From assembly GCA_903936705.1 (NCBI GenBank), contig CAIZWN010000005.1, positions 123,883-187,882 on the forward strand: a DNA stretch of 64,000 bases, given 5' to 3'. The notes under the pieces were generated by a model. That model saw nothing but the letters and a program-made list of their open reading frames with translations, was not told the DNA's origin and did not search any database. Positions 48,657 through 59,074 of the stretch are shown piece after piece (positions within the stretch are counted from its first letter, which is position 1; each line of letters opens with the position of its first letter). The position numbers were made by a program, and so were the translations under genes. Origin of the DNA: an uncultured Myxococcales bacterium. GTDB taxonomy: Bacteria; Myxococcota_A; UBA9042; DTJE01.

Positions 48657-48815
48657 GGGCCGGTTCCGGGGGTGCTCCGGAGGGAGCCGTCGGAGGCGCG
48701 GCCCACCATACGGGGGAAATAGATGATTGGGCCGCGCCGAGACTGCAGGAGGCCGGTGGGGGCAGAGCCCCCGCCGGAACTCCGGTCCCGGAGGGGCACC
48801 CCCGGAACCGGCCCT
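48657..48815. other. Highly structured intergenic element: 19-bp perfect long-range inverted repeat (GGGCCGGTTCCGGGGGTGC / GCACCCCCGGAACCGGCCC) enclosing two strong internal hairpins
   Basis: IR arms at 48657-48675 and 48797-48815; internal stems GGCGCGGCCC/GGGCCGCGCC (48702-48738) and CCGGTGGGGGC-agag-CCCCCGCCGG (48751-48775); flanking CCGGAGGG direct repeats. Confidence 0.5.
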
Positions 48816-48941
48816 CCGTAGAGTCACGCTATCGCCAACCGGCTCCAATTACTGCGCCACCTGGGATCTTCGACCTTCTTGTTCCTTGAAGGCCGTCCAG
48901 CAATCGGCCAGAATCGTTCGCAGTCCGGCCAGGGGGTCCCG

Positions 48942-51053
48942 ATGCTATCGTGGCGCGACAGGGGTTCAAATGGCGCGCCGGCGCGGCTTGCTGTGCAGGC
49001 TGTGCTGACAATGCTGGCAACGTTCGCGACTGCGTGCGGCGGTTCTGACGTGACGCCGTCGCAGCCCGGGGACGTGCCGCAGGATGGCGCTGTTGACGTT
49101 TACACCGACCTGCCCGGCGAGGTACCGCTTGATGTTCTTTTCGATACTACGCCGGACAATCCAGGGCCGGACGATTCTGGACAAGACACCACGGGACCGG
49201 TTGATACTGGACCGGACGACCTGGGGCCAACGTCCCTGTTGCCGCCCCTTCCGCTGCGCGTGGAAGGAAGGAACATCGTGGACGCCACTGGACACAGGGT
49301 GCGCCTTCAGGGTGTCAACTGGGACGGCGGGCACCAGGAGGATTTCGTTCCCTATGGGTTGGACTATCACACACCTGCCGAAATCGCGGGCAAGCTGCGG
49401 AAAATGGGCTTCAATTCGGTCCGGCTGACCTACAGCGACCGGATGGTTCGCGACGATCCCGTCCCCCCCGACGGGAGGCTGGCTGCGAATCCCAGCCTGC
49501 AGGGAAAAGGCGCGCTGGCGACATTCGACGCAGTGGTTAATGCATTGGCAGCCGAGGGGATCCTGATCATCCTGAACAACCACACGTCCGACGCCACCTG
49601 GTGCTGTTCCCTGGATGACGACAACTACCTCTGGCACAACTCGCGCTTCAGCGAGGCAGACTGGATGGCAGACTGGGTCAAGCTGATCCGCAGGTACCGT
49701 GACGTCCCGGCCGTGGTGGGGGCCGACCTGCGCAACGAACCGCGCCAGCCAGCCCAGTGGGGAACAGGCGGCGGGATCGAGACCGACTGGCCCTCGGCGG
49801 CCGAACGCTGCGGCACGGCGTTGCTGGCCGAGAATCCCGACCTGGTGATCCTGGTCGAAGGCGTCGTGTTCGCGAACGACCTGTCGGGCGCCGCCGCGCG
49901 GCCCGTAAACCTCCCGGCGGCGCACCTGGCCTACTCGGCCCATGACTATGGATGGGCCCTGCCAGCCAGTGCCGACACATACGACGACTTTGCGATGGTC
50001 GCGGACAGCATGTGGGGGTACCTGCTGTCGGCCCAGCCGCCCTCCCCCGTTTGGCTGGGCGAGTTCGGCTGCTTTCACCGCGAGATCGGCAACAAGTGGT
50101 GGCCGTGGATCAGCCGCTATATCGCCGAACGGGAACTGGACTGGTCGTTGTGGACGATCTTCGCCTATGGCGGCTGGACATGGGGCCTGCTGGATCCGAT
50201 CACGCTGGAACCTGCGGACCGCGCGTTCTGGGAATCGGTTAAGGCGCTGATGACGCCGGAACCAATCGTCCCGATCCCCGAGGTAGAGCCGATCCCGGAC
50301 CAGCCAGTCGAAGACAGCGGCCCGGCATCGGATGCCGAGGTTATCGAAACGGTTGAAGGTCCCGGCCCCGAGGTCCAGTGGGTCACCATTCCAGGCGGGA
50401 CGCTTCGGATGGGGGCGACTGACCTGGGGTTGTTGTCGCAGCCGGTGCTGGACGTGACGGTCCCCTCGTTCCGCATCGGGCGTACCGAGGTCACCGCGGC
50501 CCAGTACGCCGCGTGCGTTACGGCCGCGGCATGCACGGCCCCGAACGGCAGCCAGGTCGGGGACGACGCCCCGGTCCAGTGGGTGACGTGGGACCAGTCG
50601 AAGGCGTTCTGCGCATGGGCAGGCGGGCAACTGTGCACCGAAGCCCAGTGGGAACTGGCGGCTGGAAACGGTTCGATGGGCAGCCGGTATCCTTGGGGGA
50701 ACCAGGCACCCACATGCGCCGATGCCGTGTGGAACGGGCCTGGCTGCCTGGACCTGGGCCCAGCGAATGCCTGCTCGAGGCCTGCTGGCAACAACGTGTG
50801 GGGGCTGTGCGACCTGGCCGGGAACGTGATGGAGTGGGTGGAGGACGATTGGCACGCCTCCCATCTGGCAGCGCCGACCAACGGCAGCGCCTGGGTGGAC
50901 GATCCGCGTTCATCGGCCCGCGTATTGAAGGGCGGCGGTTTCGCCCACAACTTTGCCGACGGTCTACGGACGGCCTGGCGGGACAGGGGAATGGCTGGAG
51001 ACAACGCTGCCATGTTCGGAACGCGATGCTGCGGGACGCCTGCGGCCCCGTGA
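48942..51053 (+). CDS. Lipoprotein with GH5 (cellulase-family) glycoside hydrolase domain fused to a C-terminal FGE-sulfatase/C-type-lectin-fold domain
   Basis: Lipobox FATACGG; GH5 features (NEP catalytic acid in RNEPRQP, IIILNNHT); C-terminal RIGRTEVT..QY..C ... GLCDLAGNVMEWVEDDW ... VLKGGGF. Confidence 0.65.
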   Translation: MLSWRDRGSNGAPARLAVQAVLTMLATFATACGGSDVTPSQPGDVPQDGAVDVYTDLPGEVPLDVLFDTTPDNPGPDDSGQDTTGPVDTGPDDLGPTSLLPPLPLRVEGRNIVDATGHRVRLQGVNWDGGHQEDFVPYGLDYHTPAEIAGKLRKMGFNSVRLTYSDRMVRDDPVPPDGRLAANPSLQGKGALATFDAVVNALAAEGILIILNNHTSDATWCCSLDDDNYLWHNSRFSEADWMADWVKLIRRYRDVPAVVGADLRNEPRQPAQWGTGGGIETDWPSAAERCGTALLAENPDLVILVEGVVFANDLSGAAARPVNLPAAHLAYSAHDYGWALPASADTYDDFAMVADSMWGYLLSAQPPSPVWLGEFGCFHREIGNKWWPWISRYIAERELDWSLWTIFAYGGWTWGLLDPITLEPADRAFWESVKALMTPEPIVPIPEVEPIPDQPVEDSGPASDAEVIETVEGPGPEVQWVTIPGGTLRMGATDLGLLSQPVLDVTVPSFRIGRTEVTAAQYAACVTAAACTAPNGSQVGDDAPVQWVTWDQSKAFCAWAGGQLCTEAQWELAAGNGSMGSRYPWGNQAPTCADAVWNGPGCLDLGPANACSRPAGNNVWGLCDLAGNVMEWVEDDWHASHLAAPTNGSAWVDDPRSSARVLKGGGFAHNFADGLRTAWRDRGMAGDNAAMFGTRCCGTPAAP

Positions 51054-51091
51054 AGTGACAGCCCGAAAGGAAGCGGCAACCCGCGGCTAAC

Positions 51092-51195
51092 CTACCCCTT
51101 CTTGGCGGCGTCCTTCGCCTTCTTCTCTTTCTTTTCCTTGACGGTCAGCTTCGGCTTCTTGGTGTTCTTCTTCGGTTTGTCGAGTCCCTTTGGCA
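51092..51195 (-). CDS. Small lysine-rich protein (34 aa, MPKGLDKPKKNTKKPKLTVKEKKEKKAKDAAKKG)
   Basis: Strong RBS GAGGGGG 7 nt upstream of ATG; below the ORF-track size cutoff; about 40% Lys. Confidence 0.4.
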
Positions 51196-51408
51196 TGGTT
51201 CATCCCCCTCGAATGAAGTAAACGCAGGAACTTTCAAGACAGTTTCTGGTTCCTGTGTGGAGTATGGCGGAGGCCTGGAACAGGGTCAAGCTGGTGCGCG
51301 CCTGCGACAGAATATCTTCACCACAACGCGACATATCGCATGAAACGGCACTGGAAACGCGAAAGCGCATTGGGGTATCCTGCCGCGGCCACTGGCGAAG
51401 AGGATCTG

Positions 51409-53079
51409 ATGAAACGGTCTGCAATCCTGCTGGCAACAGCCATTGTTCTGACATATGGATGCGGGGGTGAAGGGGCCTCCAGTCCGGACGACTTGAACGA
51501 CGTGCAGGCCGACGTGGTGCAGGACGCCGCTGTTGATGTTCCTGCCGATGTTCCCCTCGAAATTCCAGCCGAAATCCCGACCGACGTGCCGGCCGACCTG
51601 GGTCACGACGACACGGTTGCCACCGATCTGCCTGGCGAACAGGCACCAGCCGACATTGCCGGGTCCGACGCCGAAGACATTGTCCCGACCGACACCCCAT
51701 GGGTGCGTCCGGCAAAGGGCGAGCCGGTTTCCGACGTAACGATTGCGGAAGTCACCGACCTGTACATCCAGATCCTGAAGGACAGCCGCTACTTTGAAGT
51801 CGTTGACGAACGCCTGCATGGATGGCCCCAGTCCGACCCTGAAGAACGCTTCTGGTATGGAACCTGGTGGAGCGGCGTTCGCATCCTGAAGGAATCAGGC
51901 AAGGTCACCTACAAGCATTCCAACGACGGCGCCGACAACAACGGAATGCGAACGGCCCCGTATTTGTCCGGTGCTGCATTTGCCCGGCTGCTGTGGAACC
52001 GGGCCGACCATCTGCACGTGGTTCAAAGCCTGGTACGCGGTTTCAGTTCGTGGGTTCTGGCCATGCAGCGGACGTCGCTGCCGGATGCCCCGGCACTGAT
52101 GACGCGGGCCGCATACTTTCCACCGGTGACCTCCACCGACGGAGGCCGCGAGATATACATAGACTACAGCCCCACTTTCCCGGGCATCGACGGCGGCGCA
52201 TCGGTCTACGTCCGCAACGCCGACAACCCGATCTGGGGCGACATGTACATCAAGAACCTGCGGTCGAAGGACGACATCGGCCACATGCTGCTGGCCATGG
52301 CCATGGCAAAGGACGCCGTCGAAAAATCGAACGACCCCGGCCTGACACAGGACTGGGCTCAACTGATGGATCTTTACGGCGCCTGGGCCCGCAGGGTCGA
52401 GTTGAACGGCTGGCAGATCGAGACCGTGGACAAGGACTGGAATGTCTACCTGCCGCTGGACGACCTGGCGATTCTTTCCGATTTCTATGGCGTCGAGCGC
52501 ACCATCATGCTGGCCTTGCACCTGGTTGGCGGCGGCCAGCCCACCCCTGAACTGGACTGCGGCAACGGCGTCAGCGAAGCCGAACTGGTCTTTGCCATCA
52601 AACCGGACAACGCCCAGCAGATCCGCTCGTACCACGAAGCCGCGGTCGCCTGGCTGAAGATCACAGGACACACAGACACCGCGCGGCTGCTGGTGCAGGG
52701 GCTGGCCCAGCGCGTCGATACAATCCTGGACGCCCGCGAGGGGCCAGAACCTCCGGCCCACCCCGGCAACCAGGACCTGGCCGAACTGGTCCTGTCGTCG
52801 GCCACGGTAGGGCTTCCGCTGACGTGGCGGGAAGTGCGATTCATGCACGATCGCATCCGCGACGCGCACGCCAGCTATCTGGCCGAATCGGCCATGCGCG
52901 ACTACAAGGTGTTCGACGTCGAATCGCCCGACGGGGAGTACTCGTTCACCCCCGATCACGACGGGTTGTTCCACCGGTACGTGGGCGCCGTCCTGGGGCT
53001 GTGTTCGTCGCCGTTCCTGGACGTTTCGTCCAATCCAGTCCTGGACTGCGACAAGATCAAGGCGGCCTTCAATCAGTGA
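51409..53079 (+). CDS. Hypothetical lipoprotein with acidic Asp/Pro linker
   Basis: Lipobox LTYGCGG; no recognisable catalytic motif. Confidence 0.45.
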   Translation: MKRSAILLATAIVLTYGCGGEGASSPDDLNDVQADVVQDAAVDVPADVPLEIPAEIPTDVPADLGHDDTVATDLPGEQAPADIAGSDAEDIVPTDTPWVRPAKGEPVSDVTIAEVTDLYIQILKDSRYFEVVDERLHGWPQSDPEERFWYGTWWSGVRILKESGKVTYKHSNDGADNNGMRTAPYLSGAAFARLLWNRADHLHVVQSLVRGFSSWVLAMQRTSLPDAPALMTRAAYFPPVTSTDGGREIYIDYSPTFPGIDGGASVYVRNADNPIWGDMYIKNLRSKDDIGHMLLAMAMAKDAVEKSNDPGLTQDWAQLMDLYGAWARRVELNGWQIETVDKDWNVYLPLDDLAILSDFYGVERTIMLALHLVGGGQPTPELDCGNGVSEAELVFAIKPDNAQQIRSYHEAAVAWLKITGHTDTARLLVQGLAQRVDTILDAREGPEPPAHPGNQDLAELVLSSATVGLPLTWREVRFMHDRIRDAHASYLAESAMRDYKVFDVESPDGEYSFTPDHDGLFHRYVGAVLGLCSSPFLDVSSNPVLDCDKIKAAFNQ

Positions 53080-53154
53080 ATCCGGACACTGGATTCCTTG
53101 CTGCGTCATGATTGGTAGTAGAGTCCGGGGACCAAGGCTCGACTGGAAGGCCTG

Positions 53155-54450
53155 ATGAATGGTCGCTTGTCGCCGTGCCGCATGATTGCAAGGCATCTGA
53201 TACCTGCGATGGCGTGCATCCTGATGGTTGCAGTCGTGCCCCAGCATGCGAATGCCCATCGCAAGGTTGTCCGGCCACCTGGCGCCACACACCCTTTGGT
53301 GTCGGAAACGATCATCGAGGACTCTTCGGGGCATGCGCTGGAAACATTCGCAGCAGCACTGAGGCGCGCCAGGAACCACGCCGGCCAGGCGCGCATCCTG
53401 GTCTGGGGTGCGTCGCACACGGCCGCGGACTTGTGGACCGGCACGCTTAGGCGTGGGCTGCAGGCGCTGTACGGCGATGCCGGCCACGGATTCGTGCTGC
53501 CAGGGCGTCCGTGGGCGTACTATCGACAGTCCGATGTAAACCTGGCCTCGTCCGACGGATGGTTCACCGACAGGGTGGACAAGGCCGACGCACGGCCTGA
53601 CGGTCTTTATGGCATTGCAGGCGCCAGCGTTTCGTCGGCCAGCGCAGCCGACTGGTCCAGGGCTGCCACCACGCGCGAAAACCCGATGGGACGCAAGGTG
53701 TCGCGCATCGAGGCCTGGTACCTGAAACAGCCGGGTGGCGGGGCGTTCGACATTCGGATCGACCGCAAGAAGCCAGTCCGGATATCGACGTCCGCGGATC
53801 AACGCGAGGCTGGATACCAGGTCTTCGACCTGCCCGACGGGCCTCATCAAGTGGAAATCCGGCCGGCCGGCAACGGCGAAGTGCGCATGTTCGGGCTGGT
53901 GCTGGAAAGGCGGGTCCCAGGGGTCGTCGTGGACACCCTGGGAATCCCGGGGACTCGCGCCGAACACATGCTGAAGTGGGACCAGGAGATCCTGGCGCAG
54001 CAGGTGGCCAGACGGCGACCGGATCTGGTGATACTGGCATACGGGACCAACGAGGCTGGGGACGACGACGTGCCAATCGAATCCTACGAAATCATGCTGC
54101 GGGAGGTCATGCAGCGCGTGAAGACCGTGGCTGCCGGGGCGTCATGCCTGCTGATAGGTCCGACTGATCGACCGCTGCAGTTGCCGTCCGGAGCATTCGG
54201 CCCACGTCCCCGCAGGGCCCAGGTGACCGATGTCCAGCGACGCGTGTCGGCCGATATCGGGTGCGCATTCTTCGATACCGCGGCATTCATGGGGGGCGAA
54301 GGTGGCATGGTGAACTGGGTGAAGGCACAGACTCCGCTGGGGTCGCGGGACCACGTCCACCTGACGCCGATAAGCTACGAGATCATGGGCCGGACGATAC
54401 TGGCGGAACTGCTGCGGCTGGCCGCTGAAGGAAGTCGGAAAATCCCTTGA
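53155..54450 (+). CDS. SGNH/GDSL-family hydrolase (AlgX/AlgJ-like O-acyltransferase/esterase architecture)
   Basis: GASHT (block I Ser), GHGF, AYGTNE (block III), DHVHLT (block V); paralogous to 54383-56215. Confidence 0.6.
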   Translation: MNGRLSPCRMIARHLIPAMACILMVAVVPQHANAHRKVVRPPGATHPLVSETIIEDSSGHALETFAAALRRARNHAGQARILVWGASHTAADLWTGTLRRGLQALYGDAGHGFVLPGRPWAYYRQSDVNLASSDGWFTDRVDKADARPDGLYGIAGASVSSASAADWSRAATTRENPMGRKVSRIEAWYLKQPGGGAFDIRIDRKKPVRISTSADQREAGYQVFDLPDGPHQVEIRPAGNGEVRMFGLVLERRVPGVVVDTLGIPGTRAEHMLKWDQEILAQQVARRRPDLVILAYGTNEAGDDDVPIESYEIMLREVMQRVKTVAAGASCLLIGPTDRPLQLPSGAFGPRPRRAQVTDVQRRVSADIGCAFFDTAAFMGGEGGMVNWVKAQTPLGSRDHVHLTPISYEIMGRTILAELLRLAAEGSRKIP

Positions 54451-56215
54451 GCAACGCCTTGTAGAAAAGGCTGCCGATCACCTCGTAGCCTGCCGGCGAT
54501 GCGTGGCGATAGTCGCCCCACCCAAGCCGGGGGCGAGACTTGTACCAGCGCCCCATCGCGCCGTTTCCGCCCATGGCCGTCCAGGTATCGAAGAATGCGC
54601 ACCCTTCCGCCGCGGCAACGGTCCGCTGCGATTCCACGATACGCGGGATGGTCGGCATGGTCCTGACGCCGCCGCGAGGCCCGACTTCGCCCTGGTCCAG
54701 CGGGGCCATCAAAAGGCATGACGCCTGCGGCCGACCCGCGCGCATCATCTTGATCACCTTCGACAACTGCTCGCGATACTTGTCGAAATTCATGTGGTCG
54801 TCCCCGGCCTCGTTTCCTCCAAAGGCGATCACCAGCAGGTCAGGCGATCGGTGGCCGACCTGGTCGGCAAAGTGTGCCGAATCGGCATTCAGCATGCGGC
54901 TGGCCCTGGCGCCGACAATTCCCATCGAGTCGTACACCACACCGGGACCGGGGCGCTCCATCGTCACGCCGTAGACCCGCGCGTCGCCGCCCCCTGCTGC
55001 CTTCACTGTCACCTGATGGGGCCCGTCATCGACCTCGAGCGACCACCAGCGGTCCTCGACCGAATCCGACCGCGACGTCACGACCTGCGGCGCGCCGGCA
55101 TCAACCGAAACCTCCAGCGCGCCACCTTCAGGATGGGCCTGGTACCACAGTTCGAAACGGGTAAACGAGCGGCCAACCGGTCCAATATCGGAGGAACCAA
55201 AGGTCGTTTTGACGCCGCCCGACGCGCGCTGAAGAAATCCGCCGTAGCCGTAGCGCCCGTCCTTGCGGTCGTCGGAAATCACCGAATGCAGCGCCCAGTT
55301 GCGTGGTTCGTCCCACCTGACGTCCTTGTGGCGATAAGGCAGCGAACCCTTGCCGGCCAGGTGAAATCCGTGGCCCGCATCACCGAACCTCTTCTGGAAG
55401 CGCCTGCGCAACGTGCCGGTCACGTCGTCCGCGGCAATCGTCGAATCGCCCCAGTGGGCGATACGCGTCACCGCACCGGGCTTGCCGCCCGCGGTCCTGG
55501 CCAGCGCCATATAGAAGGCGTCCATGGCGCGACCTGACGGGTCCTCGATCGGCCGGACCAGCCCCTCCATCTCGTCGAGGTCGATCTTGATGCCGGAGTG
55601 CGTTTCCGGGACGTCGGGAACATCAGCCCCTTCCCCGGCAGCCAGGGTCTCGGGCGAAAGGTTCTTTGCCAGGTCGCTGCCCAGAGTCTCGACGGCCGCG
55701 GCACGAGCCTGCTGGGGCGACAGGGGGCCTTCAGGTATCGTCCGGTTCCCGTCGCCTTCGGAATCGCCGGTCTTCAGAGCCAGCATCTTGGCCATTGGAA
55801 GGGATTCTCCGGGCATCCAGGGACGCCAATCGGAAAGCCCCGGAATTGCGTAGGTCGATATGGCAAACAGCAGAAGCGTGCCAGCCACGGTACCAAGGTG
55901 CCGCAGTGCCGGGGCGCGTGTCCGCCAGTCGCCGTCGCCCGGATCGAACCCACCAGTCGGATGCGACGCGTTGCCGATCGCCAGCGGCGCCTGCGCGTAC
56001 TGCGCACCGAAACCAGCTTCATCGTGATGAACATCGACAACCGGAACGATTGCAGAATCCTGCGCCGCAACGGGCAAGGACGCCGGGCCGGGCAACGACG
56101 CCGTAACTGGCAACGCCGCGGTAAATGGCAACGCCGCCGTATCTGGCAATGCCGCCGGGCCGACAGGCACCACCTTGCTTTCCTGTTCGACCAAGTCGTT
56201 GCAGCCTTCCTTCAC
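54383..56215 (-). CDS. SGNH/GDSL-family hydrolase, membrane-anchored paralogue
   Basis: GDSTI, GHGFHL, AFGGNE, DYRHAS blocks; N-terminal TM and ALP-repeat linker; 3' end overlaps the convergent SGNH gene by about 68 nt. Confidence 0.55.
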   Translation of the reverse strand: MKEGCNDLVEQESKVVPVGPAALPDTAALPFTAALPVTASLPGPASLPVAAQDSAIVPVVDVHHDEAGFGAQYAQAPLAIGNASHPTGGFDPGDGDWRTRAPALRHLGTVAGTLLLFAISTYAIPGLSDWRPWMPGESLPMAKMLALKTGDSEGDGNRTIPEGPLSPQQARAAAVETLGSDLAKNLSPETLAAGEGADVPDVPETHSGIKIDLDEMEGLVRPIEDPSGRAMDAFYMALARTAGGKPGAVTRIAHWGDSTIAADDVTGTLRRRFQKRFGDAGHGFHLAGKGSLPYRHKDVRWDEPRNWALHSVISDDRKDGRYGYGGFLQRASGGVKTTFGSSDIGPVGRSFTRFELWYQAHPEGGALEVSVDAGAPQVVTSRSDSVEDRWWSLEVDDGPHQVTVKAAGGGDARVYGVTMERPGPGVVYDSMGIVGARASRMLNADSAHFADQVGHRSPDLLVIAFGGNEAGDDHMNFDKYREQLSKVIKMMRAGRPQASCLLMAPLDQGEVGPRGGVRTMPTIPRIVESQRTVAAAEGCAFFDTWTAMGGNGAMGRWYKSRPRLGWGDYRHASPAGYEVIGSLFYKALLKGFSDFLQRPAAAVPPVSSGP

Positions 56216-56234
56216 GCCGAGCCCTCGCCAGTTA

Positions 56235-57656
56235 CTAGAACTGGAAGTAGATGTACGGCACTACCTGGCTGGAAGCCATCTTCATCAAGACCGCTGCCGT
56301 GACCGCCAGTACAACTCCCTTCAGGGGTGCCGGCAGGGCTACGAAACGGTCCCTGACCAGTTCGACGTATCGCTTGGGCGCAAAGTGGATCAGGAATGAT
56401 CCGAACAGCACCATCCACACCATCCAGGACACCTGCGCCAGCGAATACGAACCCTTCAACAACTGAGCCGTGACCGCCCCGGCAGAACCCAGGGTCGGCG
56501 CCCTGAACAGGATGCGCGACAGCACCACAAAATGGAACGTCCCCATTATCTTCAGCACCATCAGCCACTTCGGATCATGCGTGTCGTTCGTCCGACCGGA
56601 CCGCTTGTAGAAGTAGCGATGGAGCACCATCGCGCCGCCGTGCAGCGCGCCGTAGATCACGAAATTCCACGACGCCCCATGCCAGATGCCGATCAGGAAC
56701 AGGGTCAGCCACAGATTGAAGTACGTTCGGACCGGGCTGCCCTTGGACCCGCCCAGCGGGAAGTACACGTAATCGCGCAGCCACGACGACAAGGTGATGT
56801 GCCAGCGGCGCCAGAAGGCGGCCGGACTGGTGGAAAGGTATGGCCTGTCGAAGTTCTCGGGCAGCGTATAGCCCATCAGCATCGCCGACCCGCGGGCAAC
56901 GTCGGTATACCCCGAAAAATCGCAGTAGATCTGCATGGTGTAACCGTAAAGAGCGACAAGGACTTCCAGGGACGTGTAGGCCGACGGGTTGTCGAACATG
57001 CGATCGACAAGGTTCACGCTTAGGAAGTCGGCGATCACGACCTTCTTGAACAACCCCTTGATGATCAGGAACAACCCCTGCCCTACCATGCCTGGCGTCA
57101 ACGGCGGGCGGGTCAGCAACTGCGGCAGCAACAGGTGCCCGCGCACGATCGGCCCGGCCACAAGGTGTGGAAAGTACAGCAGGTATGTGCCGTAGTGCAG
57201 AAGGCTCTGCGCAGGTGGATAGCGCCTGCGATAGACGTCGATAACGCACGACAAGGTTTGGAAGGTGTAGAACGAGATCCCCACCGGCAGCAGGACATCC
57301 AGGTAGGGGCGCGGGACGTTCAAACCCAGCAACCCCAAAGTATCGGCTGCAGCCCCGACAAAGAAGTTGAAGTACTTGAACATGCCCAGCGTGCCCAGGT
57401 TCCAGGCAAGACTTACGCCCAGCCATGCCTTGCGCTTGCGGTCATCGTCGGTGGCGGCGATGCGGCGCTGGGCCACGTAGTCGATTACGACGTTCGAAAG
57501 GACCAAACCGACGTAGTAGGGGTTCCAGACCATGTAGAACCGGCAGGACATCAGGAACAGGAACAGCAGGCGCCAGCGGTCGTGGCGGATCAGCGCCCAG
57601 AAACCGGTCACGGCAATCGCCAGGAACAGGATGTAGTCGAGACTGTGGAACAGCAT
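56235..57656 (-). CDS. MBOAT-family membrane-bound O-acyltransferase (AlgI/DltB/PatA-like)
   Basis: Multi-TM; conserved His region WHITLSSWLRDYVYFPLGGS; start chosen at MLFHSLDYILF. Confidence 0.75.
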   Translation of the reverse strand: MLFHSLDYILFLAIAVTGFWALIRHDRWRLLFLFLMSCRFYMVWNPYYVGLVLSNVVIDYVAQRRIAATDDDRKRKAWLGVSLAWNLGTLGMFKYFNFFVGAAADTLGLLGLNVPRPYLDVLLPVGISFYTFQTLSCVIDVYRRRYPPAQSLLHYGTYLLYFPHLVAGPIVRGHLLLPQLLTRPPLTPGMVGQGLFLIIKGLFKKVVIADFLSVNLVDRMFDNPSAYTSLEVLVALYGYTMQIYCDFSGYTDVARGSAMLMGYTLPENFDRPYLSTSPAAFWRRWHITLSSWLRDYVYFPLGGSKGSPVRTYFNLWLTLFLIGIWHGASWNFVIYGALHGGAMVLHRYFYKRSGRTNDTHDPKWLMVLKIMGTFHFVVLSRILFRAPTLGSAGAVTAQLLKGSYSLAQVSWMVWMVLFGSFLIHFAPKRYVELVRDRFVALPAPLKGVVLAVTAAVLMKMASSQVVPYIYFQF

Positions 57657-57839
57657 CGTCGCGTGCCCGGTTTCTGCGGTCCCGGAAGACGCCCACCAGA
57701 GCGTCACCCAAGCCGCGGCGCCCCCTGCGGGACCTGGAAGAGCGTCCGATTGTAATTGACGGCCGGAGCGCCCGCCAACAGAACAACATGCGACCTTCAA
57801 CTCATGTTCGGATATCCTTGCCGCCTTGAGGGTCTGGAG

Positions 57840-58799
57840 ATGCGAATGAAGGGCACCCTGGCGATTTCGGTTTTGCTGGCGGCATCGGCAATTGTTTCTG
57901 TGTCCTCGAATGCCCTGGCAAAGGCGGGCGATGACGAGGCCGCGGGCTCGTGGTCGTTCACGACAGACAGACCAATCAAGACCGTGCTTGTCGGCGGATC
58001 AGTTGCCGCATTCACTGGTGGCGGGTTTGCGGATCAGTTGCAGGGCGCGTGTGCGAATGTCGAAATCGTGAACCTGGCAAAGGCCAGGCTGGGAGCCGCG
58101 GCCATCAGGACGCGCTTTCACATGCAGGTGCTTCAAAACCCCAATCTGGCGGATTGGAGAAACGGCGCAGGCGAGCGATGGGCCATGGTCCTGGGCGGCC
58201 TGAACAGCGTCGGGAACCCCGAACAGACGAACGCCAACGTTCTTGGGATCTACCACGCGGCTCACGATGCGGGGCTGAAGGTGGTCGGTCTGACCCTGGG
58301 TCCCTGGGGCGACGATTCCGACAAGCGCTGGGCAGGATTCGCGGGCATCCGGCGCCAGGACAACACCCGACGCGCAGCCGATTTCGTGATGGGGCGCCTG
58401 ACACCGACCGCCGCCCTGGGGAAAATGGCTGCCGGGCAGTCCACCTGGAAGACTGGAGACTTGCCGGACGTTGCTGTGGACCTATACGACAGCGAACTGC
58501 GGGACTCGACGGCGACCACCCGGCCCGAGGCGCCGCTGGCAGCGCGCATTGATTCGGACCCCGAGGTCACGAAGATGCTTGAGGCCGTCCCAGCCGGAAG
58601 TCGCGCATCTGAACGCGCCCGTATCCTGAAGCAGGCGGTCGAGATCCCCAGATGGTACCTGCGCAAGGATCTGCGATCGTTCGATCACATCCACCCGAAC
58701 CGCGAGGGCCACCGCGTCATCGCCGCCCAAATCTGCAAGAAGGCCCCGGCTTCCTGGGGATGCGACTGCGCGAAGCTGGCTGCATCGGTGCGACGCTGA
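57840..58799 (+). CDS. Secreted SGNH-like hydrolase
   Basis: Signal peptide; C-terminal FDHIHPNREGH (block V DxxH). Confidence 0.45.
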   Translation: MRMKGTLAISVLLAASAIVSVSSNALAKAGDDEAAGSWSFTTDRPIKTVLVGGSVAAFTGGGFADQLQGACANVEIVNLAKARLGAAAIRTRFHMQVLQNPNLADWRNGAGERWAMVLGGLNSVGNPEQTNANVLGIYHAAHDAGLKVVGLTLGPWGDDSDKRWAGFAGIRRQDNTRRAADFVMGRLTPTAALGKMAAGQSTWKTGDLPDVAVDLYDSELRDSTATTRPEAPLAARIDSDPEVTKMLEAVPAGSRASERARILKQAVEIPRWYLRKDLRSFDHIHPNREGHRVIAAQICKKAPASWGCDCAKLAASVRR

Positions 58800-59074
58800 C
58801 CGGTTGGCTCCCATACGATGCTGACTGATTGCCTCCGGTGCGACGCTGACCGATTGCCTCCCATACGATGCTGACCGCTTGCCAACCGGTGCGTACCGGT
58901 ACACGCCAACGCCCGCCAACCGGAAAGCCCTTGCGCCATGGGCACGTCACCCCACGCCCCCTTTCTTCGCGCACGACGTCAGGCTATTGTTCGAGGACAC
59001 TTGGCATCGGGGCTGGTGGCGCCTGGAACAAACTGTGGCTTGAGGTCGATGCATCAATCTGGCAGGGGGCAATC

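Noticed and set aside
50900-51053. Possible second VR at the 3' end of the GH5-FGE gene
   Set aside because: No sequence similarity to the TR on either strand. The gene is on the plus strand while the TR sense strand is minus. Treated as a non-diversified paralogous domain.
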